64,000 nucleotides of DNA from Candidatus Rariloculaceae bacterium (GCA_965204155.1 OZ241971.1:57593-121592), one strand, 5' to 3'; counted from the stretch's first letter, positions 8,857 through 19,098 are shown. Notes: generated by a model from the letters alone, not told the origin. A program made the numbers and translations.

Positions 8857-10353
8857 ATGAAGCAACAACTTTTTTGGGGACCTCTTGTAGTGACGCTCCT
8901 TGCGGCGAACGCGGGTATCGCCCAAGAGCGGCCCAATATCGCCCTGATTCTGTCGGACGATCAGGGATGGTACGGGCTCTCCGTGCAGATGCACCCGGAC
9001 CTGCCCAACTCGAAAAGCGACTTCTTTCACACGCCCCGGCTGGAGGAGCTGGCCAGTCAGGGCATGCGCTTCTCCGACGCCTACTCGCCATCGCCGGCCT
9101 GCTCGCCGACCCGGCTGAGCATTCAGAATGGCATGAACCCGGCCACGAATCGCATGACCAAGGCCGAGCCCATCGCCACGGCGTTTAACAATTTTCCGTT
9201 GCTTCCGCCGAACCATCCGTATCCGATCGCGATCGACAGGGAATACACCACCGTCGGCGAGGTCCTGCAGGCGGCCGGTTACCGCACCGCGCACTACGGC
9301 AAGTGGCACCTCGGCGGTAACGAACCGCCCGAAGCCCACGGCTACGACGAGTCCGACGGGCCGGCCGGCAACGAGCTTGCCTGGGAGTGGGATGACCCGG
9401 ACAACCCGCTGGACATCATCGGCATGCCCGGGAAGGCGCTCGACTTCATACGGCGGGCCAACGAGGCCGGCCAGCCGGCGTTCGTGCAGCTTTCCGCTCT
9501 CGGGCTGCACGGTGCGGAGCACGCGTCAGCAGAAGCCGTCGCCCGGGCCCAGGCGCGCCCCAGGGGCGAAATGCACGGTAGTGTTCGCAGTGCAGCGGTC
9601 ACTGAAGATCTCGACACCAGTGTCGGCATCTTCATGGACGGCCTCGACGAACTCGGCCTGAGCGACAACACCTACGTCATCTACATGGGCGACAACGGGC
9701 ACGTGCGCCAGCAAAACGCCATGCCCAGCAACCACCCGGACAGCCCCGCTCCGCTGATGGGCGACAAGGGCAACCTCTCCGAAGGCGGCATTCGCGTGCC
9801 CTTCATCATCCGCGGGCCGGGCATCGAGGCCAACGCCTGGTCGAGCGTGCCGATCGTCGGCTTCGACCTCTTCCCGACCTTCGCGGAGTGGGCCGAGGTC
9901 GACCCGGCCGAACTGCCTGCCGGCCTCGAAGGCGGCAGCTTCGCTGCGGTGCTTGAGAATGGCGGAGTGGGTGAGGTTCAGCGCCCACGCGAGGGGCTGG
10001 TATTTCATTTCCCCCATTACCAGTCGGGAACGCCCCAGTCGGCCATTCGTGTCGGCGATTACAAGCTGATCAAGTATTATGAAGGCAACTGGACGGTGCT
10101 GTTCGACCTCGCCAACGATATCGGTGAGCGCAACAACCTGGCGATGCAGATGCCGGAGAAGGCGGCGGAGTTGGAAGCCACGCTGGACGAGTACCTGGCA
10201 TCGGTGAATGCGGACCTTCCGGCCATCAACCAGGACTACGATCCGACCCAGCCGACAGGCTTCCCCGGCCGCCGGAGAAGGGGGGCGGACCCGAATGTCA
10301 TCGTTCCCTACGACACCACCCATGACCCGGAGAGTTTTTACTTTGGGGAGTGA
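8857..10353 (+). CDS. Secreted sulfatase family protein
   Basis: RPNIALILSDDQG, CSPTR, GKWHLG, GDNG, KGNLSEGGIRVP, LFDLANDIGE. Confidence 0.92.
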   Translation: MKQQLFWGPLVVTLLAANAGIAQERPNIALILSDDQGWYGLSVQMHPDLPNSKSDFFHTPRLEELASQGMRFSDAYSPSPACSPTRLSIQNGMNPATNRMTKAEPIATAFNNFPLLPPNHPYPIAIDREYTTVGEVLQAAGYRTAHYGKWHLGGNEPPEAHGYDESDGPAGNELAWEWDDPDNPLDIIGMPGKALDFIRRANEAGQPAFVQLSALGLHGAEHASAEAVARAQARPRGEMHGSVRSAAVTEDLDTSVGIFMDGLDELGLSDNTYVIYMGDNGHVRQQNAMPSNHPDSPAPLMGDKGNLSEGGIRVPFIIRGPGIEANAWSSVPIVGFDLFPTFAEWAEVDPAELPAGLEGGSFAAVLENGGVGEVQRPREGLVFHFPHYQSGTPQSAIRVGDYKLIKYYEGNWTVLFDLANDIGERNNLAMQMPEKAAELEATLDEYLASVNADLPAINQDYDPTQPTGFPGRRRRGADPNVIVPYDTTHDPESFYFGE

Positions 10354-10457
10354 CAACCGACCGTGCCGATGACTCGCCTACGGCCGCATCAGGCTTAACC
10401 GGGGGATAGACGGTAAAGGAAATCCTTCCCTCATTTTTGAACGCGGAGATTGGTTCA

Positions 10458-11273
10458 ATGAAAACCACAAGTTGGCTTGGCAAAGGGTTGCCGGTTGCAG
10501 CGGTTGCGCTGGTTGCCCTGACTTCGGCAGGGTCGGCGCATGCGCATCACAGCACCGCCATCTTCGACCAGAGCAAGGAGTTTTCGATCGAGGGCACCGT
10601 GGTTGAATTCGTTCAGCAAAATCCTCACGCACGGCTTGACGTTGAGGCGGCGGGCCCGGATGGGGAGGTGCATGTCTACACGCTGGACTTTGGCAATGGC
10701 GACCGAATTCTCGATACCTACGGTCTGGACGAGAACAGCTTTCAACCCGGAGACCGGATCAGCGTCACCGGTGCGCCATCGCGCTTCGAGAACGACACGC
10801 GAATGCTCGTTTCCAGCATGACGTTACCGGATGGCCGATTCGCCGATGGCGGCTCGCATTCCGGCCCGCGTCAGGGTGAAGGCCGGCGCACCGGCCCGCC
10901 CTGGGCAGTCGACCTGGACATCACGCTGCCTGTAGTCGAAGTCAACGGAGTCGTGACATCTCTCGACTGGGCAGACCCCGAAATCACCATGTTGATTACC
11001 GGCACGCATCAGGGCAGCGATGAAGTCGCCGTGTACGAAGTGCGCGCCGCCGGAGCGACCTCTCTTTACGAACGACAGAACTTTACCCCCGAGGACTTCC
11101 CCATCGGCGGCGAAGTCAGCGCCAGCGGTTATTTCATTCCGGAGCGGGGAAACCTCATCTTCCCGCACAACATATGGACGGATACGCGTGACCTCTACAA
11201 CCAGGTTCACGCAATCAACAACGCCAGGGAGCATCTCGGCTGGCCGCCGAAGGAGTTTGACCGGCCGCGATGA
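10458..11273 (+). CDS. Secreted tandem (double) DUF6152-like protein
   Basis: AHA-HHSTAIFD, NPHARL, then a second degenerate repeat (WADP...YEV...DFPIGGEV...IFP). Confidence 0.72.
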   Translation: MKTTSWLGKGLPVAAVALVALTSAGSAHAHHSTAIFDQSKEFSIEGTVVEFVQQNPHARLDVEAAGPDGEVHVYTLDFGNGDRILDTYGLDENSFQPGDRISVTGAPSRFENDTRMLVSSMTLPDGRFADGGSHSGPRQGEGRRTGPPWAVDLDITLPVVEVNGVVTSLDWADPEITMLITGTHQGSDEVAVYEVRAAGATSLYERQNFTPEDFPIGGEVSASGYFIPERGNLIFPHNIWTDTRDLYNQVHAINNAREHLGWPPKEFDRPR

Positions 11274-11361
11274 AACCGGTCGGACTGGCCTGATTCGAAT
11301 TGGTGGATATGCCGGTGTTCGCGGCAGGTCGATGAACACCTGTGCGAGCGAGAGTGCCGCC

Positions 11362-12786
11362 CTATTGCATCCGTTCCGGAACGAAGTCCAGGTCCGCTCC
11401 CATCGGAATCGGTTCTTCTTCCTGCAAGCTATTGCGATGATCTTCAAGAATCTGGCGCATCGGATATCTTGTCCATGAATTTACAAGCGCGGTACCGCGG
11501 AGTTCGCGTGGATCCTGCTTTATGTTGTACAACAACGGGAATCCAACAGGCTGAGGCGAACTCGTTCCTGTAGCTTGCTCGAAAAAGTGCAGCTTCCAGT
11601 CTCTCCACTTGATCGCCTGTAATCGCGAGCCGACGTAGACTGGAAACCCCTCGCGTCCCGATTTCTCGTCGCCGCGGAAAAACCCGACAAGACTGATTCC
11701 ATCAAGGATTCGGTCCTGGGGCGCCTCCGAACCGAACAACTCGGCGAACGTGGGCAGCAAATCCACCATATGCACGATTTCGTTGCTGACGCGTCCAGCT
11801 TCAATTCCGTCTGGCCAGCGGATCAGGAATGGAACACGCAGCGAGCCCTCCAGCGCGGTGAAATACGTGCCACGCCAGGGACCCGGCGATCCTGCCCATT
11901 CCGGTTGCATATCGGGTCCGTTGTCTGACGTAAATATGAGTATTGTGTTCTCCGTCAAGCCACTTGCTTCCAGGGCATCGATAATTCGCCCGGTGTACGC
12001 ATCCATCTGTGCCAGAATGTCGCCCCAATATCCCGACGATGTGGAGCCGTCAAAATCCGGATGCGGCAGTATCGGATAGTGTGGCTGGGTCATCGGAAGA
12101 TAGAGAAAGAAAGGTGCGTTACCGGAAGCACTTCTTTGCCCGATGAACTCGACTGCTCTTTCCATTATTCGCCTGTCAATCTGTCGGCGTTCTTCAATGT
12201 CGTATGGACGGATCTCTACAGGAGCTGCACCGCGCCGTGCCTGTAGCGTATGTGGCACGGCATTCATCGGGTGTGCGTTCTCGTCGTAGGTCTGGTTGTC
12301 GATCCAGAGTGCCTCGTCCGTACTGTTTGCAATTCCAAACCACTCGTCAAACCCATGATCGGTTGGGAAACGACCGTTGACCTGCCCCAGGTGCCACTTC
12401 CCGAAGATCGCCGTATCGTAACCGGCGTCACTTGCCAACTCTGCCAGGGTAACTTCCCAGTTGACCAATCCATAGTCTGCCAAGGAACCTGGAACGGAAT
12501 GCAGCCCGGAGCGTATGGGATGACGCCCTGTCATCAGCGCCGCCCGTGACGGCGTACATTGGGCTTCTACATTGAAATTGGTGAGACGCATACCGTCTTC
12601 GGCAATGCTGTCGATTCTTGGTGTTGCCGCCCCTCGCAGTTCCCCTCCTCCGTATGCTCCGATCTCGCCATAGCCGAGGTTGTCCATCAGGATCAGGACG
12701 ACGTTCGGTTGCGACCCCTGGCCGCTGGCCAAACCGCCGAACAAGCTGCCGACAATTAAAGCGCAGAACACTAACCTGATACGCAT
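11362..12786 (-). CDS. Secreted arylsulfatase (ARSA-like)
   Basis: PNVVLILMDNLGYG, CTPSRAALMTGR, GKWHLG, SDNGP, EGSLRVP. Start MRIRLVF at 12786. Confidence 0.93.
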   Translation of the reverse strand: MRIRLVFCALIVGSLFGGLASGQGSQPNVVLILMDNLGYGEIGAYGGGELRGAATPRIDSIAEDGMRLTNFNVEAQCTPSRAALMTGRHPIRSGLHSVPGSLADYGLVNWEVTLAELASDAGYDTAIFGKWHLGQVNGRFPTDHGFDEWFGIANSTDEALWIDNQTYDENAHPMNAVPHTLQARRGAAPVEIRPYDIEERRQIDRRIMERAVEFIGQRSASGNAPFFLYLPMTQPHYPILPHPDFDGSTSSGYWGDILAQMDAYTGRIIDALEASGLTENTILIFTSDNGPDMQPEWAGSPGPWRGTYFTALEGSLRVPFLIRWPDGIEAGRVSNEIVHMVDLLPTFAELFGSEAPQDRILDGISLVGFFRGDEKSGREGFPVYVGSRLQAIKWRDWKLHFFEQATGTSSPQPVGFPLLYNIKQDPRELRGTALVNSWTRYPMRQILEDHRNSLQEEEPIPMGADLDFVPERMQ

Positions 12787-12952
12787 TTGTCTGTATCGTC
12801 CTTTCAATGACCCGCAATGGAACTGAGTGACCCGTTTGGTGAGCTTATGGCAGCTCTGACAGGCTCTGGGATTGTCAATAATCAATCTCTAAAGATCAAC
12901 TCGCGCGCCCACTCGTGAGCGCCAAACACGGCGGAGCATCCATCGTCCCGAC

Positions 12953-14350
12953 CTACAGTCCGCCGTCCTGCGTGTTCCCTGGCGCCGGTGACACGAGCTG
13001 CTGCGGAGACTCGTCACGGCGCGAATCCCAGAGCCTCACCTCCGCTTCCATGCGCGTGATGACCTCCGTGAGTGCCTCGTGGGCGCGGCGTGCCTCCGGA
13101 GAAAGTTCGTTCACCGGCAGCGGAAGTTCCTCGCGCGGGTCCGCGATGAAATCGAAGAATCGTCCGTCGGGATAGAGCTTGTACTGTCCGTCGTGCACGA
13201 GGCGGAATGGGGTGCCAAAGCCACCCCGTACGGTGTCGGGACCCGGCGTTCGATTGCGGTAATAGTCGACGAAGATCCACTCGCGGGGGGACGGCACTGC
13301 CTGCGTCAGTGTGGGATAGAGGCTGACGCCGTCGTATCGGATGTTGTCGATCTGAACGCCTCCTGCCTCAAAGATCGTCGCAAACAGATCTGAAACGTCC
13401 ACGAGGTCGTCGCGCACTTGTCCGGGCGCGACGGTCCCTGGCCAGCTCGCGATCAACGGCACGTGCATGGCCGCATCGAGCGACCCACCCTTGTCGCCTT
13501 GCACCGGCCCCCGTTTCGTCATCGAGGTCACCTGCGAGTGGGCGCCATTGTCGCTGGTGAAAAACAGGAGAGTTCTTTCCCGGATGCCCAGCGAGTCGAG
13601 TTCGTCAATCAACCGGCCGACGATCTTGTCCTGGTAGCGGACATTGTCGGCGAAGTACCTGACATCGTTGACACTGGTTTCGTCGAAGGTGTCGTACCCG
13701 GCGCTGTCCGGGGTTGGCTGCCATGGATCGTGGGGAAGCGTGTCCATGAAAACCAGAAAGAATGGCCGATTCCGATGCCGCTCCATGAAGTCCATGGCGA
13801 ACTCCGCGAACAGATCGGGGCCGTACGCGCCCTCCCGACTGCGGGTCGACTCGCCGTCGCGGGTCAGAATGGGATTCTTGTAGCGATTCCACCAGTCGCC
13901 TTCCTCCAGCTGCCACACCAGGTACTCGTCGAAACCGAACAGGTGGGGCGTCTGGAAACTTCCGCCGAGCTGCCACTTTCCCGAAAAAGCCGTTGCGTAG
14001 CCGGCCGCCTGCAGGTAGTTGGCGATGGTGCGTTCTGCCGTGTGCAGATACCCGAAATTATCGTAATTGCGGAAGTTGTACTTGCCGGTCAGGAGCGCAA
14101 CGCGCGTCGGCGTACACAAGGGCATCGAGTACGCTTGGGTAAAACGAATACCCCCCGCGGCGAGCCGATCGAGGTTAGGGGTTTCGTAGGACGTGCCCCC
14201 ATAGCTGCCGAACGCTTCCACCCCGATATCGTCGGCCAGATAAACGATGATGTTGGGCGATTCGGTTTCCGCGTTGTCCTGAGCGTGGGCTGCCGACGCG
14301 ATGCCCAGGGCGGCCAATACCGCGATGTGCGACGCACACTTCACGGCCAT
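12953..14350 (-). CDS. Secreted sulfatase family protein
   Basis: PNIIVYLADDIG, CTPTRVALLTG, GKWQLG, SDNG. Confidence 0.92.
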   Translation of the reverse strand: MAVKCASHIAVLAALGIASAAHAQDNAETESPNIIVYLADDIGVEAFGSYGGTSYETPNLDRLAAGGIRFTQAYSMPLCTPTRVALLTGKYNFRNYDNFGYLHTAERTIANYLQAAGYATAFSGKWQLGGSFQTPHLFGFDEYLVWQLEEGDWWNRYKNPILTRDGESTRSREGAYGPDLFAEFAMDFMERHRNRPFFLVFMDTLPHDPWQPTPDSAGYDTFDETSVNDVRYFADNVRYQDKIVGRLIDELDSLGIRERTLLFFTSDNGAHSQVTSMTKRGPVQGDKGGSLDAAMHVPLIASWPGTVAPGQVRDDLVDVSDLFATIFEAGGVQIDNIRYDGVSLYPTLTQAVPSPREWIFVDYYRNRTPGPDTVRGGFGTPFRLVHDGQYKLYPDGRFFDFIADPREELPLPVNELSPEARRAHEALTEVITRMEAEVRLWDSRRDESPQQLVSPAPGNTQDGGL

Positions 14351-14370
14351 CGCCCCGCCGAAGGCTCAGC

Positions 14371-15291
14371 CTACTCGGTGGCCGTTACCGGAGCTGGCGA
14401 ATCATCCAGGTCCGTGAAGTCCAGGTCCAGAAACGTCGTACCGCCATCTTCCGTTGGAACGACAATATTGTTCTGGCTGTGGCAGTTCCACCAGTACTCC
14501 AGGCGAAGCGGCTGACCCGGCTCCTGGTGCATTCGCCCGTAGACCTGCCGCGTGTACCAGGGCTCTTCGAGCGCCTCGGGATCATAGATCCACACATCGG
14601 CCTGGAGGGTGTCTTCATCGACCAGCTGCCAGACTTCCGTTCCCTGGAGTTGATTGCTCAGGTAGGGCATGACGCGACCGATCCAGCCGCCGTTCGTGTA
14701 CATCGTATGCGTCACCAGCTTGTCGCCGTCCCAGAACCCGATGGTGTCGCCGTGTTCCGTATCGTAGGCCCAGTCCTCGGGGACGTGTCCCCGGCCGTCG
14801 GTATAGATTCTTCGGACCTCGTTTCTCGCCTGGCCCAGGTGCCAGGTCTGATGGGGCGTCACGGCAAACTCGTGCGGACGATTGTTCTTCAGCATGCCGG
14901 GATAGCCGCGGGCCTGACCGCAACCGGAATGGGGATCCCAGATTCTCCCCTGCTCCGCATTGTCGATCTGTTCCTGCATCATCTGCAGGTACTCGCCCTT
15001 GAGTTTTGCGTTGATGTTGCTTCCGACTCTGTCGTTATCGTACCCGCGTGTCAGGTGCTCCCATAAACCGGTCCAGTCCGGAACCTCGTCAGGCTCCAGC
15101 GTCTTGTCGTCGGCATTCTGCTCGAAGTACTGGTAGAGGTCCCATGCGGAGTCATGACGCAGGCCAAGCTCGACCATTTCCTGTTTCACCGCAGGCCAGT
15201 CCGGCCCCATATCCAACTGAGCATTTCCGATCAGCGGCACGAGCATCAGTGCCGTCGCCGACGCCCACAGCGTCTCGGTAATTCTTTTCAT
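14371..15291 (-). CDS. Secreted protein with only the DUF6152 partner domain plus an N-terminal helical extension
   Basis: Signal peptide; PDWTGLW, DPHSGC...GYP, RRIYTDGRGH, GDTIGFWDGDKLV, DPEALEEPW, terminal C. Confidence 0.72.
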   Translation of the reverse strand: MKRITETLWASATALMLVPLIGNAQLDMGPDWPAVKQEMVELGLRHDSAWDLYQYFEQNADDKTLEPDEVPDWTGLWEHLTRGYDNDRVGSNINAKLKGEYLQMMQEQIDNAEQGRIWDPHSGCGQARGYPGMLKNNRPHEFAVTPHQTWHLGQARNEVRRIYTDGRGHVPEDWAYDTEHGDTIGFWDGDKLVTHTMYTNGGWIGRVMPYLSNQLQGTEVWQLVDEDTLQADVWIYDPEALEEPWYTRQVYGRMHQEPGQPLRLEYWWNCHSQNNIVVPTEDGGTTFLDLDFTDLDDSPAPVTATE

Positions 15292-15573
15292 ATTCGGGCT
15301 TGCCCCAGAGAACACTGTCCGTCTACGGCTACTCAAACCGAACGAAACAGCGTACTCGCAACGTCAAAAGTTGAGGCTAAACCTTAGTCCAGTTTCTCGC
15401 GGGTAAGCAAGCGCAACATTCAGACCGGTATTGTTCATGGGTCCCCGGTTGCCGGTGAAGTTGGCCACTTCCTTGCGGTTCGGCTCGTATCACACGCCAG
15501 GCTCTCCAAAGAGTACTCGTGCGACAATGTCGATTCTGACCGCGCTTCTGATCCGCCTGGCGGGAGAGTAACA

Positions 15574-17049
15574 ATGAGTCAATTTCGTTCGCCACGGCCC
15601 CTTCTCTTCGCTTTCCTTCTGGGTTTACAACCACTTAGCGTCCTTGCTCAATCTATTGAGGGTCCGCCCTACGAGCGTGTGATCGTAGATCCCGCGCGGG
15701 ACCTGCAAACCACGCTGGATGGCGAGTTCACCCTGGCCGCCGTGGGCGATGTGGTCGCGCTGAGGCCGACCGCCAACCTGGCAGTGCCCGGGGTGCAGGC
15801 AATTTACGACGTGCTGCGCAACGCAGATGTCGCGTTCGGCAATCTGGAACAGACGATCGCGGACCCCGGGAAGGTCGCCCTCTACAACGACGGCCACCTG
15901 TTTCAAGCCCTGGCGAGACCGATCATCGCCGACGATCTGCGTGCCATCGGCTTCGACCTGATGAACTTCGCCAACAATCACACCACCCACTACAGCCTGA
16001 CCGGCATGCTGGAAACCATGAGCCACATGGACCGCGTGGGCATCGTCACGGCTGGTTGGGGACGTAACCTCGCGGAAGCGAGGAGCGCGAAGTTTCTCGA
16101 TACGCCACATGGGCGAATCGGCTTTCTCGGGATTACCACGAATTCATACTGGGATGCGCGGCCGGCGGGCGAGGACTCGCCCGGCGTTCCCGGCGCCAAC
16201 GCCCTGCGCCCCCAGCGAACCGTCACGATCTCACAGGAATCGTTCGATGCGCTGCGGCGCGCCCATGAGTCCTCCCCACACATGTTTCCGGCCGTCTTCC
16301 CCGTCACGAGCGGCCGCACGTTCGGCGACGAGGGCTACCGCATCCGGCTCTATGACGAATACTATGTGCCGGGCGACAAGGTCAGCTTCTCCTATTCGAT
16401 CCCGCCCGCGGAACTGGAGAGCTATGCCGCAGAAATCAGGGACGCCAAGTATCTGTCGGACTTCGTGGTGGCCAATATCCACACTCACCACTGGCAACTG
16501 CCCCCGGACGCACGCTCTGCGGGCGATGAGTCGCGCGACCCGCCCGACTTCCTCATGGAACTTGCCCACACCGCAATCGACAACGGCGCGGATGCCTTTT
16601 TCTCTCACGGAGAGGGCGAGCTACGCGGCATAGAAATCTACGACGGTAAACCCATCTTCTATCAATTGGGCAATTTCAATCGTCAGCCGTTCTTTCACGA
16701 GGTGTTCAATCCCGGGTACTGGGATTTGGTTGCTGCACGCAACCCCGGCGTCGACGTCGAGGGCCTCACGCGTGCGCAGGCCCAGGGACTCATCTATCCA
16801 GCCAACCACGACCGGGAGTACTTCGAGAGCGTCGTCGCCGTGAGCCATTACAGCGAGGGCGTCCTCGAGGAGATACGCCTCTACCCCGTCGATCTCAAGT
16901 TCGACGGACCTTTCGTAGACATCGGCACGCCGCATCTCGCGGACGGAGAAGTCGCTCAACGGGTGCTGGGCATTCTGCGGGAAGCTTCAGCCGCTTTTGG
17001 CACCGAGATACGTATCTCGGGCGATATCGGGATAATAGACGTCCTCTGA
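15574..17049 (+). CDS. Secreted CapA/PGA_cap-family metallophosphoesterase-fold protein
   Basis: LAAVGD, FGNLE, FANNH, IHTH, YQLGNF motifs; signal peptide. Confidence 0.85.
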   Translation: MSQFRSPRPLLFAFLLGLQPLSVLAQSIEGPPYERVIVDPARDLQTTLDGEFTLAAVGDVVALRPTANLAVPGVQAIYDVLRNADVAFGNLEQTIADPGKVALYNDGHLFQALARPIIADDLRAIGFDLMNFANNHTTHYSLTGMLETMSHMDRVGIVTAGWGRNLAEARSAKFLDTPHGRIGFLGITTNSYWDARPAGEDSPGVPGANALRPQRTVTISQESFDALRRAHESSPHMFPAVFPVTSGRTFGDEGYRIRLYDEYYVPGDKVSFSYSIPPAELESYAAEIRDAKYLSDFVVANIHTHHWQLPPDARSAGDESRDPPDFLMELAHTAIDNGADAFFSHGEGELRGIEIYDGKPIFYQLGNFNRQPFFHEVFNPGYWDLVAARNPGVDVEGLTRAQAQGLIYPANHDREYFESVVAVSHYSEGVLEEIRLYPVDLKFDGPFVDIGTPHLADGEVAQRVLGILREASAAFGTEIRISGDIGIIDVL

Positions 17050-17068
17050 ACCCGTAGGTCAGCTCCCG

Positions 17069-18097
17069 CTACTCCTCGAGTGTGCAATCGTAGCGGTTGA
17101 CAACTTCGCCCGGACGCCAGATCCAGCGGCCGTTCCACTCGTAGGGTTCCGTCAGCGTGTCCGGGTCGGTCACGGTCAGCTCGTAGAGCAGCGTTTCGTC
17201 ACCGTCCGCGAGCTGAAACCGTTCCCGGACCTGGACTGATTCGGTCTGACGGATCCCGAGACGGTTGAAGTAAGGCCAGTTGATTCGCGTCGTCGAGACG
17301 ACGAGGGCGCCGTCTTCCCAGCGTCCGGTGGAATAACCCATCGGTGAGGCCGGGTGGCCCGCAGGCACGTCGCCGTCGAGATGGATCTCGCGAACGGCGT
17401 CGAACTCTTCGAAACGCAGTTCGATGATGTTGCCGCGGTCGACGAATTCCATCGGATAGGGGTTGCCCATGAGCGGGGGCATGCCGGGCGGCTCGCAGCG
17501 CAGGATCGGGTTGTCCTCGAGATCGTTCCAGTCGGCTGCCGCCGCGGCGGCTTCGGCCGTTACGGGATACTCGCCCGGGGGCTGGAAGTACCACGTCCCC
17601 ACGTCGCGGCTCCAGACGCGGAAGATTCCGTCACCCTCAGCGGCGGCTACCCGAGCCGGATCGAGGACCCCCGATTCCAGCCCGATCACCGTGCCGGACC
17701 CACGCGCTTCCCGGCTGAATCCGACCAACAGCTCGATGTCGCCGGGCAGGAACAGATGCTCGGCGTGCATGTGTTGCTCGCGGCGGGACGACGTGAACCC
17801 GGCAACGCGCACCCGGTCGCCGACCCGAACCTGTTCGCCCGTCACACCGCGGCGGTTCAGCCAACTGACGGCGAGCGCCTCGAAATCCCAGACGACCTCG
17901 TTGCCGTCTTCATTCGTTGTCGCAACCTCGAACGCGATATGCGGGTTACGCCAGCGGAGGGAGATGAGCTCGCCCTCGATTTCGTGGAGCATCGAGCGGT
18001 CGTATTCGACGCTCGCGTGGTGCGCAACCGCTGCGCCGGACAGCGCAGCGAACAATGCGCCCGCCAACAGCTTCCCAATGGCTTCGATCAGCTTCAT
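17069..18097 (-). CDS. Secreted DUF6152-like + partner domain
   Basis: AVA-HHAS.EYD, WRNPH, WDFE; DNPILRCEPPGMP, GYSTGRWEDGALVV, DPDTL, RYDC. Confidence 0.82.
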   Translation of the reverse strand: MKLIEAIGKLLAGALFAALSGAAVAHHASVEYDRSMLHEIEGELISLRWRNPHIAFEVATTNEDGNEVVWDFEALAVSWLNRRGVTGEQVRVGDRVRVAGFTSSRREQHMHAEHLFLPGDIELLVGFSREARGSGTVIGLESGVLDPARVAAAEGDGIFRVWSRDVGTWYFQPPGEYPVTAEAAAAAADWNDLEDNPILRCEPPGMPPLMGNPYPMEFVDRGNIIELRFEEFDAVREIHLDGDVPAGHPASPMGYSTGRWEDGALVVSTTRINWPYFNRLGIRQTESVQVRERFQLADGDETLLYELTVTDPDTLTEPYEWNGRWIWRPGEVVNRYDCTLEE

Positions 18098-18281
18098 TTC
18101 AGTCTCCGAATCTGTGCGCGGACAGTTCTTGTGGCGAAATGCTACCATTTGCGCAGAAATGGCGATTGCACCGAAAGCCAGGGAGGCGCGTAATTCAGGC
18201 CCTGTAACGTTGGTAGTCGGCGAATTGGCGGCGGCAATCCGAACGGGTCACGAACCGACTTAGAAAGGGCAAACGCAAATC

Positions 18282-18557
18282 ATGGAAATTGTAGACTGGA
18301 TCACACCGGGGTTGCTGCTGGGCTTGTTTGCCTGGCAGCGGCACGACCTTGCCGAACTGCGGCGGGACGTGGCGGCGCTGGCGGAGCGCCTGACGCAGGT
18401 GGAGGGGAAGTTGGGAGAACGCATCACATCGCTGGAAGAGCGCATGACATCGCTGGGAGAGCGCATCGCATCGCTGGGAGAGCGCGTGGCACGAATGGAG
18501 GCGACCCTGGACCTGGTCGCGCAGGGACTGCGCATTGACCTGAAGCGGCGCGCGTAG
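18282..18557 (+). CDS. Small protein: N-terminal hydrophobic segment + heptad coiled coil
   Basis: WITPGLLLGLFAW followed by (G/E)ER(I/M)(T/A)SL heptad repeats. Confidence 0.7.
   Translation: MEIVDWITPGLLLGLFAWQRHDLAELRRDVAALAERLTQVEGKLGERITSLEERMTSLGERIASLGERVARMEATLDLVAQGLRIDLKRRA
18414..18488 (+). repeat. 21-bp tandem repeat x3.5 encoding heptads
   Basis: ggagaacgcatcacatcgctg / gaagagcgcatgacatcgctg / ggagagcgcatcgcatcgctg / ggagagcgcgtg. Confidence 0.85.
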
Positions 18558-18593
18558 CCAATAGCGATCCTTTCGGGATCCCGGCTGCCCAAC

Positions 18594-19061
18594 CTATCGG
18601 GACCCCGGCTGCAGCAACTCCATGACGGCCCCGTTCGGGCCGGTGACGTAAGCGAACTGCGTCCCGCTGGGACTGGTAATGGTATCGGATACCTCGGCGC
18701 CGCGGTCGCGGTACAGCGTCTTTGCCGCGGCGAGGTCCGGGACATTCACGCCAAAATGGCCCAGCCCCGGCGGGTTTTCCGGAGTCGCGGGATTGATCTC
18801 CAACCGCGAATTCTCGCCGAGTTGCAGAAATATCAGTATCAAATTGCCGTCATCGTCGTACCTGCGGTTCAACTCGGGCAGCCCGATGACCTCCGTGTAG
18901 TATCTGACCGCTTCGTCGACATCGGTGACGTTGACGCCGACATGCGTCAGCGTGAGCGTCGGTTCTTCGCGATCCTGTGCATCGACGAACTGACTGGTCA
19001 GCGCGGCCGAAACGGCCACGACGGCGAGCAACTGAAACACGTGGGAAACATTGATCTTCAT
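18594..19061 (-). CDS. Secreted VOC (glyoxalase/bleomycin resistance/dioxygenase) family protein
   Basis: Signal peptide; HVGVNV, LEINP, HFGVNV, MELLQ give the H/E/H/E metal ligands. Confidence 0.85.
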   Translation of the reverse strand: MKINVSHVFQLLAVVAVSAALTSQFVDAQDREEPTLTLTHVGVNVTDVDEAVRYYTEVIGLPELNRRYDDDGNLILIFLQLGENSRLEINPATPENPPGLGHFGVNVPDLAAAKTLYRDRGAEVSDTITSPSGTQFAYVTGPNGAVMELLQPGSR

Positions 19062-19098
19062 ATGGACTCTCGCAGCGTGTGATCGGAAGGCATCTGCC

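Noticed and set aside
15574-17049. Poly-gamma-glutamate capsule locus
   Set aside because: Only a CapA-like domain is present; no CapB ligase or CapC.
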